Source of the DNA: a virus | Taxonomy: Duplodnaviria > Caudoviricetes | Length of the DNA: 64,000 nucleotides | Strand: one strand, 5' to 3' | IMG/VR virus record: IMGVR_UViG_2627853856_000004 | Coordinates: 1 to 64,000 of that record | Shown: positions 58,834 through 64,000 of the stretch, piece after piece | Layout: the number at the start of each line of letters is the position of its first letter | Numbering within the stretch: position 1 is the stretch's first letter | Program-made: the position numbers and the translations under genes | Notes under the pieces: generated by a model | Told to the model about the DNA's origin: nothing | Database searches by the model: none | Seen by the model: only the letters and a program-made list of their open reading frames with translations

Positions 58834-58907
58834 GCGGGCGTAGCATAGTGGTAATGCTCTAGCCTTCCAAGCTAGCTAGGAGGGTTCGATTCCCTTCGCC
58901 CGCTCCA
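58834..58907 (+). tRNA. tRNA-Gly (TCC)
   Basis: Cloverleaf: GCGGGCG/CGCCCGC, CTAGC-CTTCCAA-GCTAG, TTCGATT loop, CCA end. Confidence 0.97.
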
Positions 58908-60489
58908 GCAATACAGTACCAGTGTCGATGTTGGGGCTTCCCGCAGCCAGGGCGAGGATGTTCGCCAAGCGGCCTGTGATCTCGATTTCCACGCCGCGCG
59001 GCCCCTCGGCTGGCTTCACCGTGATTCGTTCGATAAGGCTGCGCAGGACCGGCGCGGCTTCCTCCCGGTTGTCTGCATCGCCGGTCAGGGTGCGGGCGAG
59101 GTCGTCCATCTGGCGGCGATAGTCGTCGATGATTGACGGGTGGAGCGCGACGACGTTGTGGGCCTCGATCTCTCGCATGTCCTCGGCAAGGCGGTCGCGA
59201 TCGGCGCGGGCCTTGCCCAGCGCGGCGCGGATTTCGGCGAAGTCGCTGCCGCCTTCGGCAACGGCGGCAACGAGGCGGTCGACTTTGCGCGATGCCTCGG
59301 CGTGGCGGCGCTCGATTTGTGCGCGATCGCGACGGGCGGCGGTCGCCGCCTCGGCGCTCGCCCGGTGGTATTCGGCGACGTAGATGCTGACCAGTTCGGG
59401 ATCGAGCATCTGTTCCTGCAATCCGCCGATCACGCGGGCCTCAAGCCGATCGACGGTGATCATCCGGCTATTGGTGCAGCCGCCGCCGTCACGTTCACGG
59501 CTGCAGCCCATCTTGTGCGCGGTCACGACGCTGTAGCCGCCGCCGCAGATGCCGCAGACTACCAGCCCCGAGAGAAGCCGCTTGGGCCGGCGATGCAGAA
59601 CGGGTTTCAGGGTGGCGACGCTTTCGAAGCGATGTGCGACGGCCCGCCATAGCGCCTCGTCGACGATGCGAAGGTGCGGCACCGGCTCGACAAGCCATTC
59701 GCTCTGCGGGTTCGCGCGGATCCGCACCTTGCGGCTCATGGGGTCTGTCACCTTGCTGGTGCGATTGTGGACCAGCTCGCCCCGATAGAGCCGGTTGATC
59801 AGCATCCCGTTGTGCCGGGTTCGATCGCCGTGAATGGTCGAGGCGCGCCATGTGCCGCCACTCGGTCCGGCTATGCCATCGGCGTTGAGGCGGAGCGCGA
59901 TCGCGCGAGCGTTCGATCCGTCCGCATATTCGGTGAAGATCCGCCGGACGATCACCGCCTGATCGGGATCTATCTCGCGCAGGCCGCGAATCACCTCGCC
60001 GCGCTCGTCGAAGCGGTTGGCGCGGCGGTAGCCAAAGGCGAGGCCGGCGGGCGCGCGTCCCTGCGCGACCACGCCGCGCTGGGCGCGCTTGATGTTGAAC
60101 GCCAGATCCTTGCGCTGCTGCGCGTCGAGGAAGCCTTTGACCCAGCCCTTGATGTCGTCGATCTCGCCGTCGGCGAGCGTGAACAGCCGGACCTTGGCGC
60201 AAGTGAGCTGCTCGCGGATCGAATAGGCGTCGCCCTGGTGCCGCGCTATGCGGCTGGTCGACTCGGCCAGAACCTGATCGATGCCGCCGGCGGTGGCGCG
60301 CGCCAACATGGCGTTGAGGCCGGGCCGTTGGCTGATGCCGGCCGCGCCGCTGATCGCATAGTCCGTATAGACGTCAACGATCTCCCAGCCTTCCGCATGC
60401 GCGCGCTCACGGCAAATGCGGATCTGGTCCTCAATCGACCGGGCGTTTTGAAGGTCGCTGCTAAAGCGGGCGTAAATCAGGGTGCGCAT
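58876..60489 (-). CDS. Large serine recombinase (prophage 2)
   Basis: IYARFSS, SRIAR, LLSGLVVCGICG Zn ribbon, coiled coil. Confidence 0.92.
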   Translation of the reverse strand: MRTLIYARFSSDLQNARSIEDQIRICRERAHAEGWEIVDVYTDYAISGAAGISQRPGLNAMLARATAGGIDQVLAESTSRIARHQGDAYSIREQLTCAKVRLFTLADGEIDDIKGWVKGFLDAQQRKDLAFNIKRAQRGVVAQGRAPAGLAFGYRRANRFDERGEVIRGLREIDPDQAVIVRRIFTEYADGSNARAIALRLNADGIAGPSGGTWRASTIHGDRTRHNGMLINRLYRGELVHNRTSKVTDPMSRKVRIRANPQSEWLVEPVPHLRIVDEALWRAVAHRFESVATLKPVLHRRPKRLLSGLVVCGICGGGYSVVTAHKMGCSRERDGGGCTNSRMITVDRLEARVIGGLQEQMLDPELVSIYVAEYHRASAEAATAARRDRAQIERRHAEASRKVDRLVAAVAEGGSDFAEIRAALGKARADRDRLAEDMREIEAHNVVALHPSIIDDYRRQMDDLARTLTGDADNREEAAPVLRSLIERITVKPAEGPRGVEIEITGRLANILALAAGSPNIDTGTVLLERAKGIEPS

Positions 60490-60592
60490 GCGAATCGGCT
60501 TTCTCGGTTCGCGCGCGAGCGTCGCGGCGCGCGGCGGCGCGCGCAAGCGCCTTGGCAAGTTCGACCAGAGCGGGATCGGGCTTGCGGCTCAT
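60461..60592 (-). CDS. Small basic protein (possible directionality factor)
   Basis: MSRKPDPALVELAKALAR..., directly upstream of the recombinase. Confidence 0.4.
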   Translation of the reverse strand: MSRKPDPALVELAKALARAAARRDARARTEKADSHAHPDLRPL

Positions 60593-60963
60593 AGCGGCAG
60601 ATCGAAATGCTTGGCGTAGCGGGTGACATAGTCGACCATCGACATCCGGCGCGCGGCCTTGTCCTCGGCCGCCCACCGGGCGATCAGGCGCTGATAGACC
60701 GCGCGCGCCGCCTTGCCCGTCTCGCGGGCGGCGGCGTCGCCGGCAGTGCCGCTGCGGGTCATCCGGTCGGCCATGGCGTAGGGGAGCAGCTGACGGCCCC
60801 GGATCCGCATGCGCTGCTGAAAGGCCCTGCGGTGCGCGGTGGAGCAAAACAGCTTTCCCCGCTGTACGCCGGTCAGGGGCGCAGGGCATTCGGCGCAGCG
60901 GCAAGGATTGCCGACGACGGGCTGTGCGACGCTATGGGGCGTTTCGGGGGAGGCGTGGGCCAC
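60589..60963 (-). CDS. Zn-binding hypothetical protein
   Basis: Homologous to 56928..57293. Confidence 0.7.
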   Translation of the reverse strand: MAHASPETPHSVAQPVVGNPCRCAECPAPLTGVQRGKLFCSTAHRRAFQQRMRIRGRQLLPYAMADRMTRSGTAGDAAARETGKAARAVYQRLIARWAAEDKAARRMSMVDYVTRYAKHFDLPL

Positions 60964-60966
60964 GGC

Positions 60967-61344
60967 TCAAGGTTTCGACTGATCGCCGGTAACATCGGGC
61001 TCGTCGAGCGCCATGATCAGGTCGGCAATCTCGCCGGCTTGATAGGCTGGAAGTTTGCCGTGCTCGATCAGGATCTTGGCGACGTTATCCCGGTTCCGAT
61101 CTTGGCGTATCATCCATTCGGCCATGTCAGCGTAGTCGGTGTTGTCCCAGACCGCGCCTATTCCGCCGCATTCGCTACAGCCACCGCCAAGGACACACCG
61201 CAGGACGGCACTGTGCGGATATGAGCCGACGGGATAGCCGTCTTCCGTCTCGTAGCACCCCGAGCATGGACTCCAGAAGCCATCGCCGTTGATCTCGACC
61301 AGCTCGCGCACGTGCTCGCCGATGGTGAGCAACGGGTCGGTCAT
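60967..61344 (-). CDS. Zn-finger hypothetical protein
   Basis: CSGC...GCSECGG. Confidence 0.6.
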   Translation of the reverse strand: MTDPLLTIGEHVRELVEINGDGFWSPCSGCYETEDGYPVGSYPHSAVLRCVLGGGCSECGGIGAVWDNTDYADMAEWMIRQDRNRDNVAKILIEHGKLPAYQAGEIADLIMALDEPDVTGDQSKP

Positions 61345-61778
61345 GCTGCCTCCTGACGGCGCGGGGTGCCGCGCATCTTGTGGGTGAGTTCGACCATCGT
61401 GAGCGGTCCGCGAGGGTGGCGGCGGAGCCACCACATCATCGCGAACAGGCAATCACGCCGATCGGCCAGCATCGGATTGAGCGGACTTTTCGCTGCCAGT
61501 GCGTGCGCCCCGGCATAAGCCGCCGCGAGCGCGCCGTGCATGTCGACATCGTCGACGGCGATCGGCTGATCGGGCAAGGTGCAGTCCGCGGCATGACGCC
61601 AGAGGCGGGCGATCTCCGACATGATAAGGATCCCGCGATCGGCATCCTCCTGCGTCATCTTGCCCTCGCCGACACGGGCCGGATAGTTGGAGATGCGCTG
61701 GTCGCGCATCCAAGCGGCATAGGCCGCAAGGTCCGGATGGCAGTGAAGCGCGAAGCGGGGCGGCGGCTCACCGATCAT
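61341..61778 (-). CDS. Hypothetical protein
   Basis: Homologous to 56265..56735. Confidence 0.7.
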   Translation of the reverse strand: MIGEPPPRFALHCHPDLAAYAAWMRDQRISNYPARVGEGKMTQEDADRGILIMSEIARLWRHAADCTLPDQPIAVDDVDMHGALAAAYAGAHALAAKSPLNPMLADRRDCLFAMMWWLRRHPRGPLTMVELTHKMRGTPRRQEAA

Positions 61779-61893
61779 AGCAGGCCGCGCATCCAGGCGA
61801 TCGCGACGCCGAAGCCCATGTAGAGGACGAGCGCGCCCGCCGCCGCGACGGTGATCATCCAGCCTTCGGGCTCGGGCTGCGGCTCGATGCGCA

Positions 61894-62250
61894 TCAGTTG
61901 AAGGCCCCGAGCTGCCGCGCGGGGATCAGGTAGCGCGGCCAGCACATTTCATAGCGTTTGACCGCGCCCACCTGACACAGCAGCTCGCGCGGCTCGCGAT
62001 CGCATCGCTTGGCAAGATCGGCGCCGAACGCCTGCTCGTCCTGGATCTGGTCGGCGGCGACGCCGGTCAGGCCGCAGAACTCGCGATAGTCCGAATAAAG
62101 GATCGTCAACGGGGTCCAGCCCGTGATCTTCTTCGGCAGTTCGGTGCGCTGCTTGAACCAGCTATCGATGGTGAGATTTACGCGCTTATCGATCTTGGCG
62201 CGGGTGCGGCGGCGAGCGGGTGTCGCGGCCGGGAGAGATGGGCTGTGCAT
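61894..62250 (-). CDS. Hypothetical protein
   Basis: Homologous to 55159..55467. Confidence 0.7.
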   Translation of the reverse strand: MHSPSLPAATPARRRTRAKIDKRVNLTIDSWFKQRTELPKKITGWTPLTILYSDYREFCGLTGVAADQIQDEQAFGADLAKRCDREPRELLCQVGAVKRYEMCWPRYLIPARQLGAFN

Positions 62251-62281
62251 CGGTGCCTCCGTCTGTTGAACGGGGCACCAT

Positions 62282-62321
62282 CTACAAATCTTTTGTTATA
62301 TTGGCAACAAAAGTTTTGTTA
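62282..62321. promoter_or_regulatory. Putative prophage 2 operators
   Basis: CTACAAATCTTTTGTTA and CAACAAAAGTTTTGTTA resemble CTACAAAAATAGTTGTAG at 63965. Confidence 0.55.
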
Positions 62322-62732
62322 TCAGTCGTCGGGGTATGTCTCGTCGGGCCAAAAATCCACGTCCTCTATGGGATCTGCGGCGACGTCCCGCTCTGGCAGC
62401 ACAGGTTCCGAGCCGTCGAAAGTCGCGCGAATTATCGCGCCTTGGGGCGCGGCTGATTGGAAGATTGCCAAGACGTCTAGCCCGGCGCGAATCTTTGACC
62501 CGACCAAGGCGCAGCGGTCAGCCGTTAGATAGCCGATTTGTATTCCGCGAGCCGACATCACCATGATGGCGCGGGGGTCGACAGGGTTGTCGGGTTCAGG
62601 CGCTAGAATAACGCGCTCGCCGGGCTTGCAGGTTGCGATCTCGAATCGGCGTGGGATTGCCCCCCGCAGTCGTGGTTTGCGGTTAGGGTAGTCCGCGCCA
62701 ACGACGACCAGAGATAGCGTCGTTATAGGCAT
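62322..62732 (-). CDS. HIRAN domain protein
   Basis: VVG...LAPEPDNPVDPRAI...IGYL. Confidence 0.85.
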   Translation of the reverse strand: MPITTLSLVVVGADYPNRKPRLRGAIPRRFEIATCKPGERVILAPEPDNPVDPRAIMVMSARGIQIGYLTADRCALVGSKIRAGLDVLAIFQSAAPQGAIIRATFDGSEPVLPERDVAADPIEDVDFWPDETYPDD

Positions 62733-62738
62733 CTCGGG

Positions 62739-63263
62739 TTAGTTGCCTAACACCACGCGCCGGGTCTGGCCGCCTTTGACGCTTACTTTCGCCATGAGCG
62801 CGCCGCCTTGTGTTTGCGCTACATATCGCCCTGGAACCGTCCAAGTGACTATGGAGATAACGTAGTAGCTGCCGTCCGGAACGCCATCGAACTGAAAGTA
62901 TCCTTGGCCATCGCATCGCGTCGTTCGAGTCGAACGTATGTAGCCGACCGGCGGTTCTTCAAGTCGCGGATAAGAGTGGACGTCACGGTAGCCCTGCTGA
63001 TCGACGCCGTAGATCCTCGATATCCGTTCGTCCGCATAGGCAGATTGCGGGACGAGCGTGACTTCAAGGGCGGCGCATGTGCGCGGCTCTCCTCCGCGGG
63101 TACGCAATAGGGCTGTGCCGGTTACGGTGTTCCTGCCGTCAACCGCGGCCCACGCGACGTCGGAGTCCGCCCAGGCTGGCCAACTTACCGTCGGTTGATC
63201 CTGCGCACTCGCTTCTGCCGAATGCAGCAGAAGCGCCGCGGCGGCAGCCCATAGTAATTTCAT
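62739..63263 (-). CDS. Secreted transthyretin-like fold protein
   Basis: Signal peptide; CDGQGYFQFDGVPDGSYYV. Confidence 0.7.
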   Translation of the reverse strand: MKLLWAAAAALLLHSAEASAQDQPTVSWPAWADSDVAWAAVDGRNTVTGTALLRTRGGEPRTCAALEVTLVPQSAYADERISRIYGVDQQGYRDVHSYPRLEEPPVGYIRSTRTTRCDGQGYFQFDGVPDGSYYVISIVTWTVPGRYVAQTQGGALMAKVSVKGGQTRRVVLGN

Positions 63264-63271
63264 ACCCCCTC

Positions 63272-63955
63272 CTAGAGCCGACGGCCAAGCCAAACGACGC
63301 GACCGAGTAGATAGATATCCTCGGCACTCACCTCTTGATTCTCCACGTCTTTGTTATCCGAAATAACCAGGACCTTGTCAGGCCCGATTGCCCGTAAGCG
63401 CTTGATCGCGCCAGCACCGTAGAGGCTGATCGCCCAAATCCGATCCTGCATATTTAATGTGCGCTGCATGGTGTCGACGATGACGAGGTCGTTATCGAGC
63501 ATCGTCGGAAACATGCTGTCGCCCGCGCCGCTCGCGACGAACACTCTGTCGGCGGGCGATCGGGTAATGCGACTGAGCAGGCTTGCATCAAAATCAAGCG
63601 TGCCTTCCTCGACATAGTCGTCGATGTTGGCACCCGGCCCCATCGAATAGCTGAGATCGACTTGGCGGAGTGCGACCGAATTCTCCGCTGTTGCTGAGAC
63701 CGTTAGCTCGCGGGCAGAGGGTTTTGGCGCATCTTGCTCGAAGGCCATCGCCACATAGCGCAACCAATGCGGGATCCTCTTGGCTCCCGGTTGCTCAAAT
63801 CCGGATATCAACTGCTGCGACAGTTTGAGGTGGCTCCCGTCAGCTATGGCAAACGCCTTTGCACGCTCAGCCAAAGTGCCGGTCGACCATCCACGCGCCT
63901 CGCGATTAGAGCGGATCCAAGCGCTAGCTTCGCGCGGGTCGGTCGGAACATCCAT
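63272..63955 (-). CDS. CI-like repressor (XRE plus S24) of prophage 2
   Basis: HTH; SMGPG; GDSMFPT; IKRL. Confidence 0.9.
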   Translation of the reverse strand: MDVPTDPREASAWIRSNREARGWSTGTLAERAKAFAIADGSHLKLSQQLISGFEQPGAKRIPHWLRYVAMAFEQDAPKPSARELTVSATAENSVALRQVDLSYSMGPGANIDDYVEEGTLDFDASLLSRITRSPADRVFVASGAGDSMFPTMLDNDLVIVDTMQRTLNMQDRIWAISLYGAGAIKRLRAIGPDKVLVISDNKDVENQEVSAEDIYLLGRVVWLGRRL

Positions 63956-63964
63956 CCGACAGCG

Positions 63965-63982
63965 CTACAAAAATAGTTGTAG
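63965..63982. promoter_or_regulatory. Operator palindrome upstream of the repressor
   Basis: CTACAA-AAATAG-TTGTAG; another CTACAAAA at 63991. Confidence 0.6.
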
Positions 63983-64000
63983 ATGCGCGCCTACAAAACT

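Larger units (their letters stand above)
241..58873. mobile_element. Lambda-like siphovirus prophage 1 integrated at tRNA-Gly
   Basis: att direct repeat, terminal tyrosine integrase, and head, tail, lysis, immunity and replication modules. Confidence 0.95.
58876..64000. mobile_element. Prophage 2 (one end; continues beyond the window)
   Basis: Serine recombinase, early genes homologous to prophage 1, CI-like repressor. Confidence 0.85.

Overview
High-GC alphaproteobacterial (Sphingomonadaceae-like) DNA that is almost entirely prophage. (1) A lambda-like cos siphovirus prophage spans 241..58873. It is bounded by a 40-bp direct repeat equal to the 5' half of tRNA-Gly(TCC); the intact tRNA is at 58834..58907. 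It carries a tyrosine integrase, cI/cro/cII, replication, GpA terminase, portal, a ClpP-capsid fusion, tail, lysis, a toxin-antitoxin pair and two methyltransferases. (2) A 14,671-bp Mu-type transposable element (31195..45865; TG...CA ends, GCGGA target duplication, repeated transposase sites) is nested in that prophage's PrimPol-helicase gene and splits it. The element has repressor, MuA, MuB, GemA and two Mor paralogues. Its only recognisable virion genes are a protease/scaffold with a four-fold repeated C-terminal motif and a tape measure protein related to the host prophage's, followed by a coiled-coil ORF. I see no capsid, portal, terminase, tail tube or recognisable lysis cassette in it. 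It is almost exactly one third of the uninterrupted prophage length, so it is a candidate transposable (mini-Mu) phage satellite; a decayed Mu prophage is the alternative. (3) A second, related prophage with a serine recombinase begins at the 3' end of the same tRNA and runs off the window. All family calls are by eye from motifs and synteny; no searches were run.
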